Origin: a virus
Reading direction: 5' to 3' (one strand)
Virus record (IMG/VR): IMGVR_UViG_3300013947_000002
Location: 34,281 to 98,280 of that record
Length of the DNA: 64,000 nucleotides
The first letter of the stretch is position 1. The number at the start of each line of letters is the position of its first letter. Below, one piece after another: positions 9,340 through 18,106 of this stretch. The notes beneath the pieces were generated by a model. That model ran no database searches. It saw nothing but the letters and a program-made list of their open reading frames with translations, and was not told the origin of the DNA. The translations under genes were made by a program, and so were the position numbers.

Positions 9340-9509
9340 GTGTATATATCAAACTTGAGGATGCGGTTGAAGCATTTAAGAAAGCCGAAGCAGATGACAT
9401 TGAGAGGTTTGGTTATCATATCGTTGACTGCTTTCCATCGGACAGAGCCATTGAAATCATCTGTAAATGTCATAGGTATTTGAGTAAAGACTACGAGGTT
9501 ACAGAATGA
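9336..9509 (+). CDS. hypothetical protein (57 aa)
   Basis: ATGA overlaps at both ends. Not in the ORF track because it is under 60 aa. Confidence 0.4.
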   Translation: MSVYIKLEDAVEAFKKAEADDIERFGYHIVDCFPSDRAIEIICKCHRYLSKDYEVTE

Positions 9510-9688
9510 CTAATCGTGAATGGTTTGAGTTGAATTACTCGGAAGATAATAGGTTGGATTATATAAATAGTAAATGTCCACCCAGCACTGGTGGATATCC
9601 CAATTGTTCACATTTAATTGATGATGTAACCTGTGATATTTGTTGGGAACAATGGCTCAGAGAGGAATACAATGAACCAGAGAACTAG
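9506..9688 (+). CDS. hypothetical protein
   Basis: Translationally coupled ORF. Confidence 0.45.
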   Translation: MTNREWFELNYSEDNRLDYINSKCPPSTGGYPNCSHLIDDVTCDICWEQWLREEYNEPEN

Positions 9689-10088
9689 GCGCGGCATTGA
9701 ATCGGCGCGTCGAGCTAGCTATGAATCTGCTTTTCCTCGCTATCATCTTGGAGCGGCGTTGTATTATAAGGGTGTATTGCTTGCTACTGGTTGCAACAGT
9801 ACCAAAACAAGCCCATTGCAAAAGCGGCTCAATGCAGAGCGCGATTTCAACCCAGACCAGAGTGGCGTGGTCAATTCGCTCCATGCGGAAATTAGAGCAT
9901 TGAGCAAAGTAAAATATCTGGATATTGATTTTGATAAAACCACGCTTTATATTTACAGAGAATATGCAAATGGCAATAAAGCAATGGCGCGACCATGCCC
10001 AGCCTGTATGCGATATATTAAAGAGCTGGGTATTAAGAATATATGCTATAGTACGGCCGATGGAATTGCCGAAGAAAGGATTGATTGA
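9672..10088 (+). CDS. dCMP/cytidine deaminase-family zinc deaminase
   Basis: Contains the HAEIRAL (HAE) and PCPACMRYI (PCxxC) zinc-binding motifs. Confidence 0.8.
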   Translation: MNQRTRRGIESARRASYESAFPRYHLGAALYYKGVLLATGCNSTKTSPLQKRLNAERDFNPDQSGVVNSLHAEIRALSKVKYLDIDFDKTTLYIYREYANGNKAMARPCPACMRYIKELGIKNICYSTADGIAEERID

Positions 10089-10090
10089 TA

Positions 10091-10342
10091 ATGCAACCGA
10101 TTGACCTAGATTCTGAATATATCAAAGAAACCCTATATCGCACCGGCTTTAAGTCGAGAAAAGATATTGAGGATTGGTTGAATGCTGCGCCAGTTGTTGA
10201 TGCTGTACCGGTTGTTAGATGTAAGGATTGCATCTATTTTGGCGTGAATGATGAAAATGTACCATATTGCTTTAACAGGTTTGGACTTGATGACCTTGAG
10301 CTAAATGGATATTGTAATTATGGGAGGGTAAATAATGGCTGA
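10091..10342 (+). CDS. hypothetical protein with CKDCIYF motif
   Basis: Coupled ORF. Paralogous motif to the next gene. Confidence 0.5.
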   Translation: MQPIDLDSEYIKETLYRTGFKSRKDIEDWLNAAPVVDAVPVVRCKDCIYFGVNDENVPYCFNRFGLDDLELNGYCNYGRVNNG

Positions 10343-10649
10343 TTATATCCGGCGCGAGGATCTGATGGCCGCACGGGAACAAGCGATTCGTGTGTATGAA
10401 AATGCAAATATTTTCAATGCCGCCGCAATCCGAGAAGATTTAAGACCGCTTCTGGATGCTGTTGTCGACGTACCCGCTGCAAATATTACAGAGATTATCC
10501 ATTGTAAAGATTGTGCCTATTTTCATCCATATCCATTTGAGCCCGAGTATGGCAGTTGCAAATATCATCTTGACCCCGACTTACAATGGGAAGAAAAGAA
10601 AGAAACGGACTACTGTAGTGATGCAGAGAGGTTAGAAGATGAAGATTGA
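10335..10649 (+). CDS. hypothetical protein with CKDCAYF motif
   Basis: Coupled ORF. Shares ADxIxRxxL and CKDCxYF with its neighbours. Confidence 0.5.
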   Translation: MADYIRREDLMAAREQAIRVYENANIFNAAAIREDLRPLLDAVVDVPAANITEIIHCKDCAYFHPYPFEPEYGSCKYHLDPDLQWEEKKETDYCSDAERLEDED

Positions 10650-11139
10650 AAGAATCTGGGCAATGCCGAACAAATGGACTTTTAGTATTAAGCCAATTGC
10701 ACAGTTGCTTAGAGATGAAATTGGCGATGGTCTATGGGTCGACCCGTTTGCTGGCGAAATGTCTCCGGCTCAAATTACAAACGACCTGAACCCAGAACGG
10801 CCAACAACATACCATATGGACGCGCTTGATTTTCTAAAGATGTTTGACGGTAATTCCATAGACGGGATTCTATATGATCCGCCATATTCCCCAAGGCAGG
10901 TTAAGGAATGCTATGATGGTATTGGTGGCGAGTTGAAATGGGATGGCCGGACAAACTTTTGGAGCGATACAAAGAACGAATGTGCGCGTATTCTAAAGTT
11001 AAACGGTAAGATTATTTGTTTTGGTTGGAACAGCATGGGGCTTGGAAAAAATCGCGGCTTTGAGATGACAAGGATTTTGCTTGTACCTCATGGTGGGAGT
11101 CGTAATGATACAATCTGTACAGTTGAGGTTAAGTGTTAA
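10639..11139 (+). CDS. small DNA N6-adenine/N4-cytosine methyltransferase (DPPY)
   Basis: Contains VDPFAG (motif I-like) and ILYDPPYSPRQ (motif IV). Confidence 0.75.
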   Translation: MKIERIWAMPNKWTFSIKPIAQLLRDEIGDGLWVDPFAGEMSPAQITNDLNPERPTTYHMDALDFLKMFDGNSIDGILYDPPYSPRQVKECYDGIGGELKWDGRTNFWSDTKNECARILKLNGKIICFGWNSMGLGKNRGFEMTRILLVPHGGSRNDTICTVEVKC

Positions 11140-11249
11140 TGTGGACAAAATTCAAACGATGGCTAATTCGAAAGCTGGGCGGCTTTGCTGATGGATATAG
11201 GGTGCCTGATGAATGTAAGGAGAAGGTAAAGAAAGTGATTGAGAAATGA
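11139..11249 (+). CDS. small basic hypothetical protein (36 aa)
   Basis: ATG overlaps the methylase stop by 1 nt. Confidence 0.3.
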   Translation: MWTKFKRWLIRKLGGFADGYRVPDECKEKVKKVIEK

Positions 11250-11266
11250 AAGGAGAGTAAAGATAA

Positions 11267-11530
11267 ATGAAACGGATTGCAATTATCATCAGCATGATTT
11301 TTTGTGTATTGCTTGGTGCTTGTAGCGTCACTATGGTAAATGCAGAACAAAACAGACCGGTTAAAATTTGGGCTGAAAATAGCAATGGATCTTACGATGT
11401 TTGTATTGTCGTAGATGAAACTACTGGCGTGAATTATATTGTTGTTGGCGGAGATATGTATCAACGCCCAAGAGGAACTGCAATCACTCCTAGACTAAAC
11501 GAGGATGGTACGCTATATGTTAGTAAATGA
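11267..11530 (+). CDS. putative secreted lipoprotein
   Basis: Signal peptide MKRIAIIISMIFCVLLGAC with a lipobox (LLGAC). Preceded by AAAGGAGAG. Confidence 0.6.
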   Translation: MKRIAIIISMIFCVLLGACSVTMVNAEQNRPVKIWAENSNGSYDVCIVVDETTGVNYIVVGGDMYQRPRGTAITPRLNEDGTLYVSK

Positions 11531-11726
11531 TAAAATTATTACATCGGTATGTGATGGTTGCTTAAATTGGCACATCTGCAAATTTAGCGACGATGTGAAG
11601 CGCGCCGAGATTGAGTACAGAAAGATGCAGGAGGGCGCAAATTGGCCTGAATGTGTAGAAACGACGCTAGGATGTAAGCATAAGCAATGTGTAAGTAACC
11701 AGTGGTTGTATGACATCGGTAGATAG
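11505..11726 (+). CDS. hypothetical Cys-rich protein
   Basis: ORF in the same operon. Confidence 0.45.
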   Translation: MVRYMLVNDKIITSVCDGCLNWHICKFSDDVKRAEIEYRKMQEGANWPECVETTLGCKHKQCVSNQWLYDIGR

Positions 11727-11838
11727 CACAACGACAAAAGCTGAATATATGCCGTCTGATTATACAAAATACGTTAATTATGATGATGACGATATTCATG
11801 ATATTTTAGACGGATATAGTAAGGCTCGTTATAAATAA
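11710..11838 (+). CDS. small acidic hypothetical protein (42 aa)
   Basis: Last ORF before the terminator. Under 60 aa, so absent from the track. Confidence 0.3.
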   Translation: MTSVDSTTTKAEYMPSDYTKYVNYDDDDIHDILDGYSKARYK

Positions 11839-11841
11839 AAT

Positions 11842-11897
11842 AAAAAATCTGCCCCAAAACCCTATATATGTAGGGAATGAAATGGGGCAGATTTTTA
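11842..11897. terminator. bidirectional rho-independent terminator
   Basis: ATCTGCCCCA (11847-56) pairs with TGGGGCAGAT (11883-92). An A-run lies to the left and a T-run to the right, between convergent genes. Confidence 0.8.
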
Positions 11898-12938
11898 TTG
11901 CTTATTGCGCTCATTTTTAATCAGGTCTTTGAGTTTATCTGGTTGCGCAGGATTCATGTTAATATCAACGAACTCGCGCCGCTCTTTGCCAGTGATACAA
12001 CTGAGCTGACTGGTCTGAATAATCTTAACACAAGCCTCTTTATTGATTTTTTCAAAGCTAGGATAATGCTCATAGACATCTAAGAGCCGGTTGGCAATCC
12101 ATTCTTTAGTGGCTGGCTTAATGACATACACCTCTTTCACAAGGTCGTATTTGCCGCCAAACGCCTCTTTGGTCAGTTCGCCAAGTCGCGCCTCAAATTT
12201 ATTATATAGCTCTTGACTGACATATGGCTTATATACCTTGTTGTCAACAACTTTGCCCCAATTTGGTGGCATAATCTCAGAAACAGCCTTGGAATGAATG
12301 GCTAGGCACGTCTGATGGTCTACGCTGTCTTCAGGCACGTCATGGGTGGCCATATACTCCTCACCGTTTTTATTGGTTTTGAGTTTATAGAGCCGGTAAC
12401 CGCGATTTAGGTCGATGACGTAACGGTTCTTCATAGTCAGCAATTTGCGCCTAGTCCATTGAGCAAGGATATTGTATACTATACCATTGACTATGCCCAT
12501 GTATCCATAACGCTCTGAATCTGAGACGGCTTGACTGTAGGTATAATTAAAATTATCATTGACCTCTTGGAACATCCTGAGCAGATTGCTGGTCGAAGCA
12601 TAAATGGTGGCACAGTTAGTCTTGAGGAAGATCTGGTAAAGGGCGGCTTCAAATGCGGCCTGATACGAGTCTTTGTCTAGCTCATTGATAAGAGAATCAG
12701 CCTCTGGATAGACTTCTTGGACAATATAGCGGGTCGGATATGAATTAGGCACAATATCAAGTTGGCAATAGTTGCGAATTTTATCAAGTTGATAGGAGCG
12801 AGAATTTCCGTTTTTTGGTGGAATATCAACTGCAGCACATAACTCTGAATATTTTAATTCGCGCCCTTCTATACCGACTAGAGCGTCAATTAGTTTATTA
12901 TCTTCATTGGACGGCAGATATTTTGATTTGTTTGGCAT
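11895..12938 (-). CDS. hypothetical protein (347 aa), lone leftward gene
   Basis: ATG at 12938 follows GAAAGGAAA. No motif recognised. Confidence 0.55.
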   Translation of the reverse strand: MPNKSKYLPSNEDNKLIDALVGIEGRELKYSELCAAVDIPPKNGNSRSYQLDKIRNYCQLDIVPNSYPTRYIVQEVYPEADSLINELDKDSYQAAFEAALYQIFLKTNCATIYASTSNLLRMFQEVNDNFNYTYSQAVSDSERYGYMGIVNGIVYNILAQWTRRKLLTMKNRYVIDLNRGYRLYKLKTNKNGEEYMATHDVPEDSVDHQTCLAIHSKAVSEIMPPNWGKVVDNKVYKPYVSQELYNKFEARLGELTKEAFGGKYDLVKEVYVIKPATKEWIANRLLDVYEHYPSFEKINKEACVKIIQTSQLSCITGKERREFVDINMNPAQPDKLKDLIKNERNKQ

Positions 12939-13338
12939 ATTATTTCCTTTCTGTAACAATTTTGTAATGTTGGGACGTTCGTGGGTCTCCACTGGGACTT
13001 TGCGTGACGCTTTTATAGAAATACTATATTAGTATCAGCGAACGTCCCAGTCCGCCCCATTATCTAATTATACTATATTTTGATTGGCTATTTGTTAATA
13101 AATTGTAAATTATGTCATAGATTATTGGATTTACCGATTAAGTAAAATAGCAATCGTTATAAGGTGTGTGGTTTGATTTATTTTTTTTATCATGCTTTAC
13201 AGGGTATGTGATTTGTAGTGCTACATACCATTTTCATCCATTTTTACCAGTTTCATCCATATCCCAGCCCCCGTCCTGGAAAATGCTGGCATCTTGAAAA
13301 ACACCTGAAAATAGCACTTTGCAGGCGTATCGGCGAAG

Positions 13339-13367
13339 TTGTCCACTTTTCCACAGGTTTATCCACA
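13339..13367 (+). promoter_or_regulatory. cluster of three direct DnaA-box-like 9-mers
   Basis: TTGTCCACT (13339-47), TTTTCCACA (13347-55) and TTATCCACA (13359-67, a perfect match to the consensus). Confidence 0.55.
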
Positions 13368-14153
13368 AGTTGCCAAGTGGTAACTCAAAAATCCAGATTC
13401 TGGTATCAAAATCGATATCCAAAATTTTGATATATAACGCGTGTTATATTACACGGATCGCATTTTTAGTAAACACAATTCACCTATTTACTCCAAGTAA
13501 ATACCTATTACCATCATATAAATAATTATTATATCCACGTCAATAAACATTTACTTAAAATAAACATATACTATATCCTGCAATATAACCTAATATACCG
13601 CACTAGATGTTATACTATTGTAACTATTGTAATAAGTATATCATATCACTATTTTTATCAATACAATATATCGATAAAAAGTTAGTATAGTCAATATCGA
13701 TATAAATATACTGATTGATAACAAGAATCATTCTCATATGTATAATAATACAGTATATACATAGCATACTCATAGTCAATAGCGCACATTCTAACTTTTT
13801 TATAGTATAATGGCCGCCTTTACCTATAAAACAGTGAATATTGTAACTGTATAAAAACTGTATAACGGAATAAAAAGATCAGGCATATAAAAACACGCCT
13901 GCACATAAAAACGGCATCACAGGACTATTATAGCTTTTTGTCCAGTCCAGCTATCATATACTATATAAATAAGAGATAGCCGTTAGTCAATTTATACAAT
14001 TCAAACGCTTGTAATTTGTGCAAAATGTACTATTGACTTTTGCAGCGTTCTGGTATATCATATCGCAGCAGTGACGCGGGGAAGGCCGGCGAAATATCCG
14101 GCAAACCGCTAAAATAAACAAAACAATCACTTAAAAATTTTACAATATGCCGA

Positions 14154-14182
14154 TTGACAAAAAGAAATTTATCGGATATACT
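14154..14182 (+). promoter_or_regulatory. sigma-A-like promoter
   Basis: TTGACA 14154-59, 17 nt spacer, TATACT 14177-82. Confidence 0.6.
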
Positions 14183-14230
14183 CAAGGCACGATAAACAAC
14201 TACAACAAAACATTTTAGGAGGAACAAAAA

Positions 14231-14623
14231 ATGAAAATCACTGTAAAATCTTTTGAGCCGCAAGAAAACATGAACGCTTACATCAGGGACCAGGAAGCAA
14301 AGCATCTTTGCAAGGGATTCAAGGCTATAGCAATCGACGGGGAAAAACTGGTAGAACTGGTAGATTTGAGAATCGGTGCAACCGCATCAACTGCATATGC
14401 TTGCGTATGGTTCAAAGGCGCGGATAAGTGGGCATACGGTTCTGGCAAGGCTTCCGGCTATGGATACGATAAGGGGAGCGCCGCTGTTGAATCAGCCTTC
14501 CGTGCTGCTGGCATGGTAACTTCTGGTTTCGGCGGTACTGGATGCAATCGAGAGGCTGTGCAAGCTGCCGGGGAATATCTGTCAAACGAAAAGCCCGTGT
14601 TCGTCGTAGAATTTTACGGATAA
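14231..14623 (+). CDS. hypothetical protein (130 aa, Gly/Ala-rich C-terminal half)
   Basis: ATG is 8 nt after AGGAGG. No motif recognised. Confidence 0.6.
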   Translation: MKITVKSFEPQENMNAYIRDQEAKHLCKGFKAIAIDGEKLVELVDLRIGATASTAYACVWFKGADKWAYGSGKASGYGYDKGSAAVESAFRAAGMVTSGFGGTGCNREAVQAAGEYLSNEKPVFVVEFYG

Positions 14624-14710
14624 ACATTTCCGCGCGGTTTCTTAAGGGTTTCCGCTCAAAAAGCCCTATTCCATGAACAAAAATTTTATAAAAATTTGGA
14701 GGAATTTACA

Positions 14711-14992
14711 ATGAAGTTTTATCAAGTAAAGCACGAGGCCGACAACAAAAAACTTGACAAAAATTGGAATATTTTTGTCGGCGGCGAACTGTTTACCGAA
14801 AAAGAGATGGAAAAATATGGTAGACGGTGGGCAGATAGAAATAACTATGACCGGAATCGAGAAATGGCATACACAAAAAGACAACGTGAACTTTTTATGG
14901 AACATTTTATTGAACGAGAAATTCCAAAAAACAAGACTTTTTGGATGTTTGGTGCGCGTTTCCCGTTCAAAGAATATAAACTGGAGGCGTGA
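14711..14992 (+). CDS. hypothetical protein (93 aa)
   Basis: ATG is 8 nt after GGAGG. Confidence 0.55.
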   Translation: MKFYQVKHEADNKKLDKNWNIFVGGELFTEKEMEKYGRRWADRNNYDRNREMAYTKRQRELFMEHFIEREIPKNKTFWMFGARFPFKEYKLEA

Positions 14993-14994
14993 CC

Positions 14995-15111
14995 ATGAAA
15001 AGAAAAAAGTTAAACCCGGTTTACTGGGCATTTCAAATTTTGGGCGGCATGATTGCATTTACTAGCATTTTCTGGATTCCTGCGCTTGTCTGTAAAATTT
15101 TAGGAGGTTGA
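14995..15111 (+). CDS. small single-pass membrane peptide (38 aa)
   Basis: MKRKKLNPVYWAFQILGGMIAFTSIFWIPALVCKILGG. The ATG lies 2 nt after the upstream stop. Confidence 0.4.
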   Translation: MKRKKLNPVYWAFQILGGMIAFTSIFWIPALVCKILGG

Positions 15112-15115
15112 CGTA

Positions 15116-15328
15116 ATGAAAAGATTCGTTCTCGAATATGCACATTTTGAAAAATCACGTCCGCGTGAGTATATGCCGGAGTGCGGACGCATTTTACATA
15201 ATAAGGAATTGGACAAAATTGAATATTCATATATCCGTGGATATATCACGGAATCGGAAGCGGTAAAAATGATTTTGGAATCAGAAAGTAAAATCATTAA
15301 AGAATTACAGAAAGTAGGTTTAATGTGA
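15116..15328 (+). CDS. hypothetical protein (70 aa)
   Basis: ATG follows AGGAGG. Confidence 0.55.
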   Translation: MKRFVLEYAHFEKSRPREYMPECGRILHNKELDKIEYSYIRGYITESEAVKMILESESKIIKELQKVGLM

Positions 15329-15549
15329 TGCACACTGTAAAATATTGGGATAAAAAATTGCTTGCCTTGCAGAGTCTCGCGGACTCCGTAGGATATGATA
15401 TTGACAACGACGCGGACTATATAGCCGCTTGCGCTTGCCAACCTGCAACGTTTGCGGAGTTTTGTAGAATGAAATACCCGCGCCCGGAGATTTTACCACT
15501 TTTTTACAACGTGGTCGAGCGTGTTCAATCTGTTAAAAATTGTAAATAA
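15328..15549 (+). CDS. hypothetical protein (73 aa)
   Basis: Start overlaps the upstream stop (ATGTGATG). Confidence 0.5.
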   Translation: MHTVKYWDKKLLALQSLADSVGYDIDNDADYIAACACQPATFAEFCRMKYPRPEILPLFYNVVERVQSVKNCK

Positions 15550-15565
15550 TATGGAGGAAATTACC

Positions 15566-15970
15566 ATGGAAAGAACTACCAATTTTATGAACCGTATCCG
15601 TACCATTGCCAGAAAAAATCAGTTCCAGTATATGGTACTTGACAATTATGAAATCCCAGCCGTGCGCTTTACACCGTCCGACTACTGGGAAAAATCGGAA
15701 ATTGTAAGCAAACTGAGAAAAACTGGGAAATACCACGTCGAAGAATCCAGATATGACTATACTTGCTACAATGAGTTTTGCGGAACCGTGTTAGTATTTG
15801 ATGCACGGCAGTATGCCGACTGGCGAGCGTTTCAGGATCGGCGTTCTCTGCTTATCGATTCCTTTTTCCTTGCGAGGCGGCACGGCTCCGATGCCTATGG
15901 TAAAAAATGCCAAGAACACTATGCTCGGCGCAAGGGCATGATGCAGGAGTTTAACAGCATATACGCCTGA
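15566..15970 (+). CDS. hypothetical protein (134 aa)
   Basis: ATG is 7 nt after TGGAGGA. Confidence 0.55.
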   Translation: MERTTNFMNRIRTIARKNQFQYMVLDNYEIPAVRFTPSDYWEKSEIVSKLRKTGKYHVEESRYDYTCYNEFCGTVLVFDARQYADWRAFQDRRSLLIDSFFLARRHGSDAYGKKCQEHYARRKGMMQEFNSIYA

Positions 15971-16034
15971 GACGTCATACGCCGCCCGTAGCAAACCGAA
16001 CAAGGAAAACGATAAACTATAGCCAGACGCGCTG

Positions 16035-16136
16035 AAAAACCCGTGCGGAGGCGCTGAGGGCGTGAGACAAAAAAGGACGGCGAGAACATAAAACGGAATA
16101 CAGATATAAACCCTCAGCGCCTCCGCACGGGTTTTT
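16035..16136. terminator. 26-bp perfect inverted repeat acting as a bidirectional terminator-like hairpin
   Basis: AAAAACCCGTGCGGAGGCGCTGAGGG (16035-60) pairs with CCCTCAGCGCCTCCGCACGGGTTTTT (16111-36). Confidence 0.7.
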
Positions 16137-16257
16137 CTTTGCTCCCCTATGTTCCTATATCCCGGCATAGTTCGCACCGTGTAAAGCCGCCAGAGCCGTC
16201 ATAATGGCATTGTACAATATGCCTAAAATGGACGACCATTTTTTATGCAATTTTTTG

Positions 16258-16286
16258 TTGACATATGGCGCACGATCTGCTATAAT
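16258..16286 (+). promoter_or_regulatory. sigma-A-like promoter of an orphan small RNA
   Basis: TTGACA 16258-63, 17 nt spacer with TGC, TATAAT 16281-86. Confidence 0.65.
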
Positions 16287-16293
16287 CAAAGTG

Positions 16294-16526
16294 ACCTAGG
16301 GAAGCACCTATGAGGAGGGGGAGGTCGACCATGAGTTAAAGGCGTTTAACTGAATTACCAGCGGCTTCCAATCACCAGATTTTCCCAGCTATGCTTTAGC
16401 CAAGTGAAGCAATAAATCGAGGCGAAAAATCCTCACGCATATGACCTTACAATTTTTCACATTTTCCCCAGCAATATACAGTACATATACCTGCTCGGCG
16501 CGGCAAAAATCGAGCAGGGTTTTTTC
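16294..16526 (+). ncRNA. candidate ~230 nt small RNA bounded by a promoter and a terminator
   Basis: No ORF beyond ATG-AGT-TAA. Ends in the hairpin CCTGCTCG/CGAGCAGG (16490-16518) plus a T6 run. Confidence 0.5.
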
Positions 16527-16831
16527 GTGTACGCGTGTGTGGATTAGGCCAAGCGGATTTCCCCCAGTAATATATGCGTATATATGATTGCGGCGCGGCG
16601 CAGGGACGGCTCAGGACAGGCGTGGAGGCTCGAATCGACCGTGGGCATAATCTGCCTAGGGTGGATGTAAACATGGCTCAAATCGGCACGAGCTGGCTGT
16701 GGTGGCTATGATATAATCTTGACGTAATCTGCGCTTAAAACTCGCCTATCTCATATCGGCGCAAAAAGCAAAATCTTGTGTTATCCATTCAGAACTCGGA
16801 ATAAATGACAACAACACATTATTTTACGACG

Positions 16832-16910
16832 GAAAAATGTGTGAATGTATAAAAATCTCCTACGAAAAAGTGTCATATGTGTGTGAATATTCATATGAAA
16901 AATGTGATTA
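16832..16910 (+). repeat. three iteron-like direct repeats
   Basis: GAAAAATGTGTGAAT (16832), GAAAAAGTGTCAT+ATGTGTGTGAAT (16864) and GAAAAATGTGATT (16897), spaced about 32 nt apart. Confidence 0.5.
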
Positions 16911-17040
16911 GTGCAACTTTCATACTAATATAAATCGTGATATGTGCAAGAAAGTATGGTGATGTATATATGCGCATTGCCGATAAATACATATATCTAC
17001 GTCATGCGTATTGCTATCTGCATCATTTATGTGCATGATG

Positions 17041-17090
17041 ATGTAGATGTATATGCATATGAATATGTGAATGGATATGCAGATGGATAT
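17041..17090 (+). repeat. degenerate hexamer tandem repeat (ATGNNN x8)
   Basis: ATG occurs at 17041, 47, 53, 59, 65, 71, 77 and 83, an exact 6-nt phase. Confidence 0.6.
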
Positions 17091-17253
17091 ATAACGTGTG
17101 TTATATATAGGTGAATATTTATGTATGTACGAGCCGGAAATTTGAAATCCGTCTGCGAGATTGTATATATGAATGGAAAATCGAAACTCAAAATCGAGAT
17201 TGATATTTTGCTTACATACATACAAGCCCTAGAATTAAAATTGATTTTTCTAC

Positions 17254-17282
17254 TTGACAAATGAAATCAAATATGCTATATA
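17254..17282 (+). promoter_or_regulatory. sigma-A-like promoter
   Basis: TTGACA 17254-59, 17 nt spacer, TATATA 17277-82. Confidence 0.55.
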
Positions 17283-17323
17283 TATATATATACGAGCCAC
17301 AGATTTGGAGAGGAGAAACGAAA

Positions 17324-18091
17324 ATGAAAAATGAGATTCGATATATCATTGCAGGAATTGGATTGGCTGTAATTGGATTTACTGCTTGTGGCGCATTTGT
17401 CTATCAGCAAATCAATGAATATAATGCCATGATGGATGAACGAGCCGCAAAATCAAAGCCGGTATCCTATTCAATTAAATGTGTGCCGATTGATGTACAA
17501 GAGCCGGTTGGCGCAACTGAAATCGAATATCTGCCATCCGATGATGATGATATAGGTATAGTCGAGATGGAGACTGTAGTCACCGAGGTTGAGCCTGAGC
17601 CTGAGCAGCAGATTGAAGAATCAGAATCGGATTATGTCTATGTGCCGCCATTTCATTTGACAGAATACGAGACATGGTTTGTTGAATGTGTGGTAGCTGG
17701 TGAGGCTGCTGGTGAGCCGTATAAGGGTAAACTGGCCGTTGCTCAGTGCTATTTTGACGCAATGCTGAAGGACGGCTTGTCAGCCACAGAAGTAAAATCG
17801 GCATATGGATATAGTGGCTGGAATGAAAATCTGGATAAGCAAGACCCCAAAGCATATGATGAGGTTAAAAATGCTGTAGCCGATGTGTTCTATGGCGGCA
17901 AATTTGTAACTGATAAACCGATTTTATATTTCTATGCACCCGCATATGGTCGTAGTGATTGGCATGAAGCTCAGGAATATTGGAAAAGTATTGCTAACCA
18001 TAAGTTCTTTTACCTTGCTGAAGATGTAAATGCAGAATGGACAAATATCCTCTTGACAAATGTAAATGAATATGATATGATTGAGCCGTGA
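17324..18091 (+). CDS. membrane-anchored cell-wall hydrolase (SleB/CwlJ hydrolase_2-like)
   Basis: ATG follows GGAGAGGAG. N-terminal TM segment IIAGIGLAVIGFTACGAFV. VECVVAGEAAGEPYKGKLAVAQCYFDAM resembles the SleB motif. Confidence 0.55.
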   Translation: MKNEIRYIIAGIGLAVIGFTACGAFVYQQINEYNAMMDERAAKSKPVSYSIKCVPIDVQEPVGATEIEYLPSDDDDIGIVEMETVVTEVEPEPEQQIEESESDYVYVPPFHLTEYETWFVECVVAGEAAGEPYKGKLAVAQCYFDAMLKDGLSATEVKSAYGYSGWNENLDKQDPKAYDEVKNAVADVFYGGKFVTDKPILYFYAPAYGRSDWHEAQEYWKSIANHKFFYLAEDVNAEWTNILLTNVNEYDMIEP

Positions 18092-18106
18092 GAGGTGAAT
18101 TGAGAT

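Noticed and set aside
16832-16910. Possible CRISPR array (direct repeats with spacers)
   Set aside because: There are only three short, imperfect 10-15 nt repeats, with no 24-40 nt conserved repeat units and no cas genes. They are more consistent with iterons.
16447-17260. Minus-strand ORFs 16447-16674, 16920-17225 and 17027-17260
   Set aside because: They lie in low-complexity or GC-rich non-coding DNA, have repetitive His/Ile/Tyr/Cys-rich translations, and show no RBS.
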